A stretch of DNA of 64,000 nt from Psilocybe cubensis. Lineage: Eukaryota. Below the pieces are notes generated by a model. It was not told where the DNA came from. It did no database searches and was given only the letters and a program-made list of their open reading frames with translations. How positions within the stretch are numbered: the stretch's first letter is position 1; the number at the start of each line of letters is the position of its first letter. The stretch covers positions 1,922,001 through 1,986,000 of the forward strand of contig CM038998.1 of the NCBI GenBank assembly GCA_017499595.2. The letters are read 5' to 3'. Of the stretch, positions 1 through 12,678 are shown in pieces. Both the position numbers and the translations under genes were made by a program.

Positions 1-1320
1 AGGCGGTGAGTCAACGTGTCTCTGACGCATCTGCTAGATATTCAAAATATTTTATGGTAGCTCGAGGAAAAGAAGAAATTGGACCAGCTTCGCAAAGAAA
101 AAGAGGAAGAACGTCAGCTCCAAGAACTTCAGAGACTCCAAGAAGAACAGACAGGCAAGAAACGTACCGAAAAGTTGGAATGGATGTATGCAACTCCCGC
201 GACTGGAAGTAATCAAAATCCAAATGATTTAGAGGATTATCTCCTGGGAAAGAAACGGGTCGACAAAATCTTGACCGGAGACGAGAATGACAAGGTAGTC
301 AGACTTCTTCGTCCTTGTAATATGATAAATCTCATTCTGTGTTAGGTTGGAGCATCCCATAAAAACTTCATTGCCGTTCAAAACGCCAATACTTCTCGCG
401 ACATTGCTGCCAAAATTAGAGAAGACCCATTATTGGCTATTAAACAGCAAGAACAGGCTGCGTATCAAGCACTCTTATCCAATCCTCTCCGCCTGGCAAA
501 GATGCAGAAGGAACTAGGAGTTAAGCCCAAGAAAGACAAAAAGGAAAAGAAGAGGGCAAAAGAGGAACGAAGGCGACTGAGACATGAACATAAGCACGGG
601 CGCTCGGGTTCGCGTAGTCCGAGAAGAGTTGACAGAGACAGATCGCCGCTCTCAGACGATTACCATTCCTCGAAACATACTCGAAGCCCACGTCGCCGTT
701 CACGTTCACGTTCACCCTCATCTTACCGCCGGCGTGACGATAACTATTCTGAAAAACCCCGGAGGTATAGCCCCGAGGTTGAACGAGGGCGAAGCAGAAG
801 CAGAAGCAGAAGTCCCCGACCTCGTCGAAGAGACGACTCAGAAAAACGCTATCGCAGCGGTCGATCGCCGTCTGTCGAGCGTTATAACTCACGACAAAAT
901 GGCAGGCATTATCGCCAGTCATCGCCATCTCGATATAATGCTTCTGTCAAGCGAGATCGTACCCACAGTCCGCGACCCAGGAGTCCGCCTCCTAAACGCA
1001 TTCGTTCTGGACGTTCACCCTCTCCTACCAGCATTCCTCCGCCTCGAGCATCTAGTAACAAGTTTGACGAAGATCGGGCAGCTCGGCTTGCTGCTATGTC
1101 CGCTAATGCCACAGCGATGTCTGAAGACAGACAAAAACGCCTGGCAGCTCTGCTGGAGAAAGAGAAAGCTGAATTAGAAGCCGATGAGCAAGCCAGAGCC
1201 AGGTCAAAGGGTATGTCTGGGTATTTGAGTCAGGAACAGAAACGAGTGTTCGGTGGGTTGGGAGGACTGGAGGATAGGATCAAGAGGGGACGAGGCGGCA
1301 TGGTTGTTGATGCGGACTAA
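1..1320 (+). CDS. CWC25: Pre-mRNA splicing factor CWC25 (5' end outside window; exons 61-294 and 346-1320)
   Basis: Spliced translation [24 protein letters not shown]...KLEWMY...[10 protein letters not shown]...[20 protein letters not shown], then an RS-rich tail; GT-AG introns 6-60 and 295-345. Confidence 0.9.
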
Positions 1321-1573
1321 AGATGAACATATGTATTGTTATAATACTTTTTCTGTAAGTACTGGCGCTTCAAATCGTGTCAAAATCCAATGCTAAGGTG
1401 AACGTGTAGTGATTGTCGTTCTATGCTCTCGCTGTGGCGTGGACATGTATTTGTATCTGTAATTCCTACCGGCCCGTTGAATTATACTTTATAATCTCCG
1501 CCGCTACTTTCTTTCTTTAAGTACAACTTGTGCTCAAAGGTACGACCCTACCTTCCGCTCTACTCTAACTGTG

Positions 1574-3608
1574 ATGCCTCCCCGTCGCGCGCCGTCTCTC
1601 GTGTCAGTCACACAGTCAAGGGCCCCGAGCCCTAACCCCCCTGAAGAGGACGAGGTATGCATGTCTAGTGTGAAGGCTCTCGGGTTCCACATAAGCAGTT
1701 TCGTTTTCTCCAGGTCCTGTTCTTTGATACAGTCGATGAACTCCAACAACACGTAATTTTCCCCCAGAAAACACCATATATGCGTGTCTAACTGACGTGT
1801 TTTCAAGGGAATCAATATGCAGGATATCTTGAAACTCAAGGTGGAATTTCCTCAGCAATTTGTAGCATCATAAACTAATATATCTGTGCATAGTCTGCCT
1901 CCATCAATACAGTTTCTGGGGTTAACATGACTACTCGTCGCCAAATGTTAAAGATTAAGGTCATTTGGCCGCATATATTCACAGTCATCATGGATTGTTG
2001 AACCTATCAATAGGGAATGTCAGAAGCCAAAGTCGAAAAAATTAAGGTATTTGCAACCTTACTTCTTTATATCTGCTGAATGATTACGTTCTGAACAGGA
2101 GGCAGCACATAAAATTCTGGTTTGATCTATCCTTTGAATTTTTGGTAGTTTTCTCCGGTTTTCAAATTTTCAATATAGGGTTCGTCATTTGCCACTGGCG
2201 TTGAAGTGCAAGAAAAGCGCAAAAGAGTAAATATTATTAGCACCGGCAGTAAACTGGTGGATGGTATTTTGGGAGGTATGCATATACTCTCTCAAATTAT
2301 TGGGAGTGTCTAACAGGTGAGCGTCCACTCAGGTGGTTTGATGTCCCAATCCATATCAGAAGGTAATTTGGATATTATGACCTATTAGTAAAACCCCTAT
2401 GCTAATACCGTATACAAAGTATATGGCGAATTCCGTACTGGAAAGACTCAACTTGCTCACACCATGAGTGTGGTTGCTCAGCTTCCGGTTGAGCTTGGTG
2501 GGGCCTCTGGGAAAGTATGAATTAGCCTTGTGAACATTGTCTTACGATTAATGTTTTCACCAGGTCGCATATATAGACACAGAAGGTAGTATCCAGTACA
2601 TTTAGCTACGCCATCGCTAAAAGGAGTTTAATACAATCCAGGGACTTTTCGACCGGACAGAATTAGATCAATTGCTGATAGGTTTGGCGTCGATGGAAAT
2701 ATGGCTCTCGAAAATATCCTATATGGTGTGTAGCTCTCACCATATAGCTAACGCGCGTTATTTGATTGTTTTATAGCCCGTGCCTTTAATAGCGAACATC
2801 AGGAAAGTATAAATTCGTCAATTCTCTCCTACAAAATGCCAACGGGCAAGTTCTCTAGATGGAACTCATCAATGAGTGTTCACTACGATTCGCAGAAGAT
2901 AAAGACTTTCGCCTTCTCGTAAATTTATTGGATACTAAAAAAGTCATAAATGCTGAGCTTTTTGCAAGATTGTGGACAGCATTATGGCGCTCTTTCGCGT
3001 CGATTATTCCGGAAGAGGAGAATTGAGTGAGCGGCAGCAAAAAGTAACATATAACTTGGAGTTTATGTTATATTTTATTACTTACACTTTAAATTTAGCT
3101 CGCACAGGTAAGTATCCGCAAAGATTATTCGAAAGTTGCAAATTTCTTACTATATGCGTATCAGATGTTGTCGAAGCTCACTAAGCTTGCCGAGGAGTAT
3201 AATGTCATGGTTTTCTCTCTGTTTTCGGCTTCAAAATTCTAACTGTAACTGGCAGATTTGTATCCTCCTCACGAACCAAGTACAGTGTAAGTACAAGGGA
3301 TCGTCGTTTACTCAGACTTCAGTGCTTAAGTGTTTAAAAAGCGGACCCTGGTGCCACAATGACATTTGTGGCAGGAGGTGCATTAAAACCGATCGGGGGT
3401 CACATTTTGTCCCACGCATCTGCTACTAGATTGTTTCTTCGCAAAGGTCTGTCTAAGATTCAGATGGCATTGAAGCCGGTCTCCCAGGCTTACACACTCC
3501 CACATAGGTCGAGCAGAGGAACGAGTTGCCAAACTTGTTGATAGCCCCGACAGACCCGAAAGCGAGGCGTCCTACAAGTTAGACGAAGGAGGGTGGGCTG
3601 ATGTCTGA
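1574..3608 (+). CDS. DMC1: Meiotic recombinase DMC1/LIM15 (19 exons, ~348 aa)
   Basis: Hand-spliced: Walker [24 protein letters not shown], Walker [39 protein letters not shown]; exon lengths sum to 1047 nt. [15 protein letters not shown] and GGHILSH favour DMC1 over RAD51. Confidence 0.93.
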
Positions 3609-3955
3609 AACTCGGTGCCGTGCTGATTGATCTTTTCACCAACTTGCTCGGCGCCTATGTTATTCTATTAAGTTTGAAGCAAGGACCAATGTGTACCGGT
3701 GGATCCCAGTTTAGGTGTCCACTTGGCTACCACGTTCGCGATGTACATTATCAAGAAACATGAATCCATCTAAATTTGGAGCACCGCTTGACAGATACAA
3801 ATTGTACATATGGATGCTCCAGAATGTGCACATGGCGAATGTCAACTTATCAGTTATTATTAGGACCCTGCGCATGTTGTATAGAAGTCTGGCAACATAA
3901 AATGCGCTGTCGATTTGCGAGCATCTGAGTACGTCCTACTCTACTCTACTCCAAG

Positions 3956-5169
3956 ATGGTCAAGCCCACTCGATTGGCAGCAATCTTATTCTGCGGCTTC
4001 GGTGTTGTCGTCAGTGGCGGGTTGGCGGGAGATGCCTTGATCCCAAATACATTTCCAGACTTGACATCATGCCTTTCTGAAACCTCCTTTTTCTCGTGCG
4101 AGAATACGACGGCAATTAAAAATACTTGCTGCTCACCGACTCCTGGTGGACTGGTCTTACAAACCCAATTCTGGGATACATTCACTGGTTTCGAAAGACA
4201 AGGCCAAAAACTTCCGAAGGGGAGCTGGACTATACACGGTTTATGGCCTGATAATTGTGACAGGTGTGTGTCCCGGCTGTGAAGCTATGCCCTATGTGTT
4301 GAAAGTGTAATTGGAGCTCTTTTGACTCCTATTGCGATCTATCACGTCAATTTGATCGTGTACCTTCGCCTGCCACGCTACCTGATGGCACGCCAGTACC
4401 ACCTTACAAAGGTCCAGGCGTTGACACCTTTATTAAAAGCTTCGGAAGAGAAGACCTTCTGGATTTTAGTGAGCGTTGCATTTACAATTATAGATGGTAA
4501 ACGACTTACTTACATAGTACCCAAGTGAATAAATATTGGGTGGCTCAGGGATCAACCAACGCAGATTTTTGGGCACATGAAGTATGTTCTAAATTGCATT
4601 CAGTGTTAGTTTAAAACTGATGACGGAACCAGTTCTCGAAACACGCAACTTGTACCTCAACATTTGACGTTGCATGCTACGGCCCCAAATACAAAAAGCA
4701 CCAGGATGTTGTGGATTTCTTTGATGCAGTCATAAGAGCATTTCACCATTTCCCGACTTTCGATATGCTTGCAGCGTACGTATTAGCTGTTATGAGGATC
4801 AATACCATCGTTCATGGGATACTTTCACAGTGCTGGTATCACGCCATCTAACAGAACGACTTATACGTTGTCACAGCTTCAGACAGCCATCAAGATCCAA
4901 ACCGGCAGCATACCATTTTTCGGATGCACAAACAACGGTACTGTTCTTTCGGAGGTCTGGTACTTCAATCACGTTTTTGGAACGGTGAGTCTGTGCACAG
5001 CTTGTGTTATGTTTCTGGTCATAACGCGACGTTATGTCAATTTGACCATCAGGAACAATTTGGAACCTACAAAACGCTTGATTCTACGACACCTTCAAGC
5101 TGCTCTAGCAACTTACCCATTAGATACCTTGAGCGCACACCCACCTCGGAACATGAAGTTCGTCGATAG
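3956..5169 (+). CDS. Secreted ribonuclease T2 family protein
   Basis: Signal-peptide-like N-terminus; CAS I WTIHGLWPDNCD; CAS II FWAHE|FSKHATC across an intron; Cys-rich. Confidence 0.93.
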
Positions 5170-5220
5170 TTATGAGTTGGGTTAGTTGATTGTGAATTGG
5201 TTGTGCCAATCCAAGTTCAA

Positions 5221-5365
5221 ACGCGTCGTTCGGGAGCAATAGTAATTAGTTAATTGACGCGACCCACGTGATATACGCGACGCGAATTGAACCAAATAAA
5301 GAATAACAGTTGGTCGTGAATGTTTTTGGTTCGAGTTTACGGACAACACTGTTTCTCTTCCGCGT
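5221..5365. promoter_or_regulatory. Cluster of MCB-like ACGCG cores plus a CACGTG E-box upstream of the sirtuin
   Basis: ACGCGT 5221-5226, ACGCG 5257-5261, 5275-5279 and 5280-5284, CGCGT 5361-5365; CACGTG 5265-5270. Confidence 0.5.
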
Positions 5366-5371
5366 CAAAAA

Positions 5372-7146
5372 ATGACTGTCACATTGGACTTGGAATCCGC
5401 TCAAACTGATGCTCAAACACGTAGGAGTCTCTCTGACATCTCACTTGCCGTTGCAAAAGGAAAGAAAATCGTTGTTGTTACTGGTGCGGGTATCTCTTGC
5501 TCCTGTGGTATTCCTGTACGTTGCCATCCCATCCGTTTACCAGTAAAGCACCGAACTATCTCTAGGACTTCCGCTCATCTGACGGCCTTTATGCCATGGT
5601 TAAAGAACAATACCCAGACGTCGTTTTGAAAGGCCGTGACCTTTTTGATGCTTCTCTGTTTCGCGATGCCACATCCACAGCTGTATTTTATACCTTCATC
5701 TCCCAACTCAAACGGTCCATCGATAAAGCAGAGCCCACCCAAACACATCAATTTATCAAGATCCTGGACTCGAAAAAGAAACTTTTACGATCCTACACAC
5801 AGAATATCGATGGGTTGGAAGCCCGGCTTGGTCTATTGGGGTCCTCGTGCCATGAAGCAAAGTCTAACGGCAAAAGCAAGACTAAAATTCGCACGAAGGA
5901 TGTTCGTAATGTTCAACTCCATGGAGACATTCACCGTGTGCGATGTGTGGCGTGTTCTGCAGAATTTCCTTGCGAAGAAAAGCATCTTGTAGTATTCGAG
6001 CAAGGGAATGCACCAGAGTGCCCCGAATGTTTGCTACGTTGTATGTTCGAATTTTCAGTTTGCTAGTATAAGCTTCTTAATTTCCTTGCTCTAGCTGAGG
6101 CCAGGGCCGCAAGGTCAGCCCGTCCTATCCGCGTTGGCACTTTGCGCCCTGGAATTGTTTTGTACGACGAATCACACCCACTTGGGGACGACATTGGCGC
6201 CATTCATACTTTCGATCTCGGTCGTAAACCAGACATGCTCATTATCATGGGAACTTCACTGAAAGTACACGGGCTGAAGAAACTTGTAAAGGACTTTGCC
6301 AGAACTATCCATTCGTCCACCACCTCTTCTACAGCGTCGAGTTCCAAGAAACCTTTCAAAGTCATTTTCGTTAACAAGACAGCACCTGGTGCTGAATGGT
6401 CGGATATTATTGACTATCACATCTCTGGGGAAACAGATAGATGGACGAGCAAAGTAATTGAAGACTGGAAAAAGATGAGACCAGCCGACTGGGAGATTCA
6501 ACAAACTCTGATAGAAAATGAATGCGACACTTCAATGACAAATGGGCTTAAACTTGGAAAATCTCTTCTGTCGACCAAAGTGAAGACCAAAAAGGCAGCT
6601 TCCGGGCGAGAAAATATTCCCATTTTACCCCCCGACTTGACACAAAATGTACCTACTCGAAGCGAAAACTTGAAGCCTGTCCCTCCTCTCTCTCCCAGTA
6701 AACGTCAGCAAAAATCCTGCCACTACAACGATGTGGAATCGAGTCCCTCAAAGCGCCAGACATTGTCCGTTAACCGAAATGTAATACCTCAAGAAGAGCG
6801 GAAAATGCTTTTTGCAGAAGCTACGAATAAATCTTCTGTGATTGCCAAAGATCCCAGGGAATTGTCGCAGATGGACATCTCACTATGCGATTTGCGCCCA
6901 CCGAGCAGATCTCGTAAAACTTCGACAAAAGATCGAAATGTGAAGAGCGTCGAAACATCAGCGATGGACATCAGCAAGCTTGACTTGTCAATGCACGATG
7001 CTTCGATATTGTTATCTCCGACCAAAGTACCATCCAAAGCCAAACGTCCTGTAAAGCAGCATACAGTAACTTCAAGACCTGTCCGACGGTCCGCCAATGT
7101 TGGTGCAGGCAAGCGTGTCTCAAGGAAGCGGCCAGAAGTTGTATGA
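5372..7146 (+). CDS. NAD-dependent deacetylase, sirtuin of HST3/HST4 type, with long basic disordered C-terminus
   Basis: GAGISCSCGIP|DFRSSDGLY, YTQNIDGLE, QLHGDI, CxxC...CPEC zinc motif, RPGIVLYDE, MGTSLKVHG. Confidence 0.88.
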
Positions 7147-7337
7147 TGTTTTGGTTTCTTCCCTTGGTCAGTGTTGTATTTCTTTATGCTCTCGCTGTTG
7201 AGATGCATTGTAAATTATTTCTTTTGTCTATTTGTGTCGTATTGTGGATTCCTCTGTGCATTCCAAATAATCGATTAAAGTAAAAGTGGACTAGTCGTTA
7301 GCAAAAAATACGTGAGCAAGATAAAGTGGACGGGTTT

Positions 7338-8013
7338 CTAATCAGTAATAAGTTCAGAAACACTCCAATCCTCAAAGCTGCCATCAGGAAGGTATCGTCG
7401 GATAATGAGTGGGATTTTGCGTTGGGAAAGTTCTTTAATGGCAATTTGCAGAGCATCTGTTTCGCCATCTAGTGGGACAAGAACAGGAGCGTTCATACTT
7501 ATAAAAAGGAGATTCAGACCATGGTACATATTGTGATTAAAGTACACGAACCTGATTTGCAGCGCTCTTGTGCCTAATATCCGTGCTCGTTCGTATTTTG
7601 TTAGATATGGCGTCGTTATACGAATTTTGTTGGGTTGACGCTCTCCAGAGATTCCAGCACCACCATTTGTGTCATCTCCATTGGCCATTTCTTGGTCACC
7701 GTCGGCCCCATGGGCACCGCCATGGGCTGCATCTTCGCCCAAAGGCATACCATCTTCGCCTACCTCCGCATTTTCACCGTCTTGCTCATTCGCGAGAAGG
7801 TCATAGCCTTCATCCTACGAGGGCAGATATATAATAAGGGCAAGAATGCGTCGAGATACCAGAATAACATACAAAGGCTCCATCGTTATACCTATGCAAG
7901 TTAGGTCAGAACAAGACTGGCGGAGGCATCTCGAATTCGAAGACATACCCTGGCCCTGCTTCGTAGTCATAGTCATCACCGGCACGTCCTCCATCGTAAC
8001 CATCATCAGACAT
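7338..8013 (-). CDS. RPB6: RNA polymerase I/II/III shared subunit RPB6 (RPABC2)
   Basis: Acidic N-terminus; [31 protein letters not shown]...[22 protein letters not shown]. Confidence 0.96.
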
Positions 8014-9027
8014 TTGTACAAACTTTGCGGGTGTATGTGATGAGAGTAATTTGTGAAGTGCTTTGCAACAATGTGACGTGACAAGATTTGCTATTTGTGA
8101 CGGTTCGGGGAAAGTGACGAAGCTGAAGCGTTATACACTAATGGTGGCATACATTGCCATATCTACTGCTAGACTTGAGAAGCAACTAGCAATGACGCGA
8201 ACTTGGGAACTCGAGCGTTGACTTGAACGACCACGAAGGTTCCTCGCAGCCTTCAAACTGGTTCCAATGCTGACGGTCACATGAAGTACAGTGAAGAGAT
8301 GTGGGATTGCGTTCGCCTTTTTGGATTGCGCGACTCCTCGTCGCTGACTCCGCGGGCGACATACCGGAGAGCCTGGGACCTCTTTGGACAGTTGAATTTC
8401 GGGACCGGTCTTCCTATGCCAATCATTGGAATTTCCTCCTCGGGGACGCGAAAGAGCTTCCTTTGTCCAGTGCAACCCAATTCCCTCGTTCAGAAATTGC
8501 CATCAATGGCAGCGTACTTCCTGGAGGCCAATTAGTTCGAGATCTCAACTTGGCTGATGTCCTGGCGGTCAAATAGTCTGACGCGCATATATCCATGTTC
8601 ATGTGTTCTTCATGTTGCGCAGAATCGAAACATCCTGTTCTGGCGCGAGCCACTCGCCTGAGTGCCTCCAGCCAGTTATTTCAACTGCCCGGATATTCTG
8701 CAGAGCGAGTATTGCGAAGCAGTGACATGACAGCAAGCTAAGGAGAGATATTCGATGATCAGATGGCGCTCGACGAGATCGTCGATGAGTTGCCCCTCTA
8801 CCCATCCCTTTCGGGTCCATTTGGCAGCGTCGGGGGCCGTGGAACGTGGCAGGAGGCGCATACATGTTCCATCAGCGCATCGATTAATTAATGTGCCAGA
8901 CTGGTGTTGTATTATTTCGATATTTCGATGTTTTACCTGTTTCTCGTAATTACTCCAGCTCCATTTGTAATGTCCAATCTCCCCTTCCTTTTCAACAAGG
9001 ACATACTTTTCTGCATTTGCTTTTCCG

Positions 9028-12000
9028 ATGCCCCCAGAGCCACGCCTTTCTCCCGCCTGGACTCCATCGTCTAGTGCTCCTCTTCTCACCCCTGTCGCCA
9101 AATCCTTCACCATGCAGCTCACTGACCCATCCGACGTTAGCTCGACAACCAGCAAGCACAAAGAAGACAAACTGCCGCATGACGCCAGTGTCTTTGTAGG
9201 AAGGTTCGTATCATTGCTGCCTTTAGTCGTCAACCATGTCATCCTCAGTTTATGTTCGCAGCCTTCCATCCAATATGGACCAAGGCGACCTGACTCGTCT
9301 GCTCATGGATCATCTGTCGGAGCACACGCAAATTAAGAATATCAAGGTCGTGCGAGATTCGAAAGGTGGTGTCTGCGCTTTTGTTCAATGCGAGGTTTGG
9401 CCCTTTCTGGTGATATTCTTCCTCAATATTTCAACATATATGCGCTTTAGAATGCCCAATCTGCAACGTCTTTGATACAAACTCTGCACTCCAGTGTCCC
9501 CAGACCTTTTCTTGGACGCATATTGCGGTACGAACCCGCCCGGGCCTTTAGATCTTTAATTATTTCTTATCGGTGCGCTCTGCTTCGCCTTTCTCGTCCC
9601 CCTACGCCTAAATACAGTCATTGTTAGCGAGCCAGTTCAGTATATGACTTCGACTGGCGCCAATATGGCTTTTATTCGTAGTGAGGTCAAATTAGAATTG
9701 CCAACCGCCATGAGAATCTGGAAGCATAGAAACTCTAGGTACGCATACATTTTACTCGTCAAGTTCATCCGAAGCTCACTTTGTCAGATTTCACAATATT
9801 TTATATAATGTAGAGGCTATACAAGCGGCTGAAGCATCTACCAGTAAAGCTTCAGATGCTACTACCGAAGATGATGTCTTTCACCTTCATCCTCTTAAGT
9901 TTGATGAAAATGTGAGAGTAAACCTGACTCACAATTTCTTTCTAACAAGCCTGTATAGTCGTTACGCAGTCTAGCATCATACTTTGGCCCTCTTGAAAAA
10001 TTTTCACCGCTGCAGGTAGCAAATGCGAATGGTTAGCCTCCCTACCTTTTGTCTCTTTGATGTTTAACAAACATCTTGTAATATCATAGACATTGACCCT
10101 CAGATGCAAATCCCGTTCGGGTCGTACCCAGAGCAGCACAGATCTCCTCGTTTGCCCTCGATGGATGATTTATGCTGGGAAATTAAATGGGAGCACCGCG
10201 ATGATTGTGTCAGCGCTTTAATGGTGAACCTTCCCCTTTTCTTTGCAATGATGATCACTCAACTGGTTTACAGACGCTTAGAAGAGTACCGCATCTCACA
10301 GTGACTTGGGCTCATCAGCCTAACACACCTGGACAAGGATTAGGCCTGTCAGGTCATCGCCATCCTTTCCAATCATACTCTCCTCACAACAATCGTCACC
10401 GCCCATTTGTTCATCAATTGCCTCCCCATCATGCACATGCCAACCATTTTCAGCAGCTCACATTCTCGACTGGAACCATCATCGGCCATCCCAAAACCTA
10501 TCTTGTGGGGCCGATGCAAAGTGCAAATGACCATGATCCCGAAGTAATGCATGAATCTTGGGCCGATGAATCTGATTCCACTGTCACACGCAATGAGATC
10601 AATTCCTGTCAACCTGGAGAGAGTGGTCATATTTCTTCTCCAGTTGCAGAAGGATTGCCTCCCGTTGGTTCGGTGCGCGAAACCGCCACTGGCAAGGACA
10701 CACAGGAGAACACTGACAAGGTTGAACCAAAATTGCCAACACAACAAGATCAATCAAGGTGCTTGACTTAATTTCATTACCGCTTTTCCGCATTGATGAC
10801 TTTGTTTAGGGAACCCTCCACGCAAGATGTTAACTCATTTGATCAAGATGGCCAAGATCTTTTTATACCTCCGACACCTGCTTTGGATTCATCCACTATT
10901 ACCCCAATAACGCCGGATTCCAAATTTCCTACAACACCAGCTTCTTCTACAAAAAATTATCATTATCCCGCCAAAGGCTCTGACTACAAAGAATCCTGTG
11001 GCTCATCCAAAGACAACCGACAAGAGCGAGAAATTGATCCAACTACCTTGTTTGTTGGTGGTTTGGAAATGTTCGGCCCCGGAGCATGGAATGAAGAGAA
11101 AGTCAAAGCCTTCTTTTCACGATTTGGAGGTTTAGAATATGTCAAAGTCGTTCGTCCAAGTGAGTTCTTTCTTTGCTTGTGGTACTTATGTTCCTCTGAT
11201 TACACGATTTAGTGAATTCATGTGCGGCCTTTGCTTTTGTGAAATTTAACAACACTGAAGCTCCTGCTCGAGCCGTGCTTGAAGAGGTCGGTTACACTAT
11301 TTTCATTTTTTTCACTCATCGATTAAATGGGTTCTATAACTAGCACAATCGCGTCTACGAAGGCCGGGCCATGCGAGTGCAGTTGCGGGACTGTAACCCA
11401 CCAAAAAACAACTGGAAATACAGTCGTGGGCGTGGTGGACGCCCCCACCAACATAACTTTGGAGCTCCGAGACGAATCAACTACAGACCATCATTCAGTT
11501 CTCTGGAGAGGCCCTCTTTCCCCTTGAGTCAGGATAAATACAACTTCTTAGAGGTCGGGGTAGGCTCTAAGGTTCAGAATTTACCCCCAATTCATGGTTC
11601 ATCTCAAATGGTCCGACCTCCTGGAAACGATACATCCTCAACATGTAATGCCTCTGAATCGTCTTCTGTAGACATTTCTTCAATCAGCAGGAATAGCCCT
11701 CCGAGAGAAAATTACCGTGAATGGTACGATGACGCCGAGTCTTCTGTGCACACCCCAGAACCGTCTTTGGGGTCTTCAGCATCCACTAACGCACCTGCTT
11801 TCTCGACTTCTCCATCATACGGGTATCCAGTACCAAATGGCCCTTACTTTTCGCCGCCTTCCTGGGTACATTCATATCCTCCTCATGTACCCTATCAAGT
11901 CCCTTATTATACTGGGTATTCAATGTATCCTCCAACAGCGGTCCAGCCACCGCAGGTTCTGGCTAGCCCTCCTGGATCGGACATCGGAGGTCCTGCAGCA

Positions 12001-12678
12001 GGATTACAGAACAACTGGCCGCCGGTAGGGATGTACACTGTAGGTCATGCATATTTCTACCCTATAACATCTTCTTACCCGCTTATCCAGCCTTATATCC
12101 CATATTCTACCATGCCCTCCAGGACACAGTTGGCTGAACAAGGTCAGCAGCAGGCTCATGTGCCTCCACAAGCACCGGTCGTCCCAACGGGCTTCATCCA
12201 GAACGAACAAGGTACACTTATTGCTGTTTATCAGCCTGAAGCCCTTGATCAGTATCTTGCGGGTGCTACACCTATGCCTGCCAGCGGCGTTGTCTCTACT
12301 CAACAAAGGTGGGAATATACTGGTCCTCAGTTTGTTGACCCAGGAATCACAACATCCAGTTCTTTCGCCCCGCAACACAATCGCCCAAAATCAGCCGGAT
12401 TGCATATTCCTCCGCTTCGAACATCTGTTACACCACCTCGTGAAATTGATATCAACGTTAGCTCACCTCTCTATCGCCGACAAGGCCCTGCCAGACGTGA
12501 ATCCCAGCAAACACATGGATTCAACAGGCCCCCTAATCATCAGAGGCCCTTTCACAATGGTCGTCCCGCTCGAGCCCATATGCACTTCCCTGCAAATATC
12601 AATGTAACGGACCTCGGACACGCTTCTGCACAGCCGACAACATCTGGAGACTGGAATAGATGGAATAATGCACGTTAA
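9028..12678 (+). CDS. Multi-RRM RNA-binding protein, Rim4-like, with low-complexity P/S/Y/Q C-terminus
   Basis: RRM ASVFVGSLP...IKVVRDSKGGVCAFVQCE...GRILRYEPARAFRSL; later RRM IDPTTLFVGGLE...AFAFVKF...HNRVYEGRAMRVQLRD. Confidence 0.75.

Noticed and set aside
2310-2332. CTAACAG|GTGAGC inside DMC1 intron 7, resembling a recursive or zero-length-exon splice site
   Set aside because: The remaining piece would be only 16 nt; CTAAC is more simply the branch point for the AG at 2332
2807-2858. Rescue of the in-frame TAG in the GT2807-AG2850 DMC1 isoform by A-to-I editing
   Set aside because: Would insert four residues into a conserved region, and stop-codon editing is established in some ascomycetes rather than here; GA-AG splicing is more parsimonious
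12040-12090. In-frame stop-free introns inside long ORFs (also 15922-15975)
   Set aside because: Expected by chance for short 3n introns; no evidence of regulated retention
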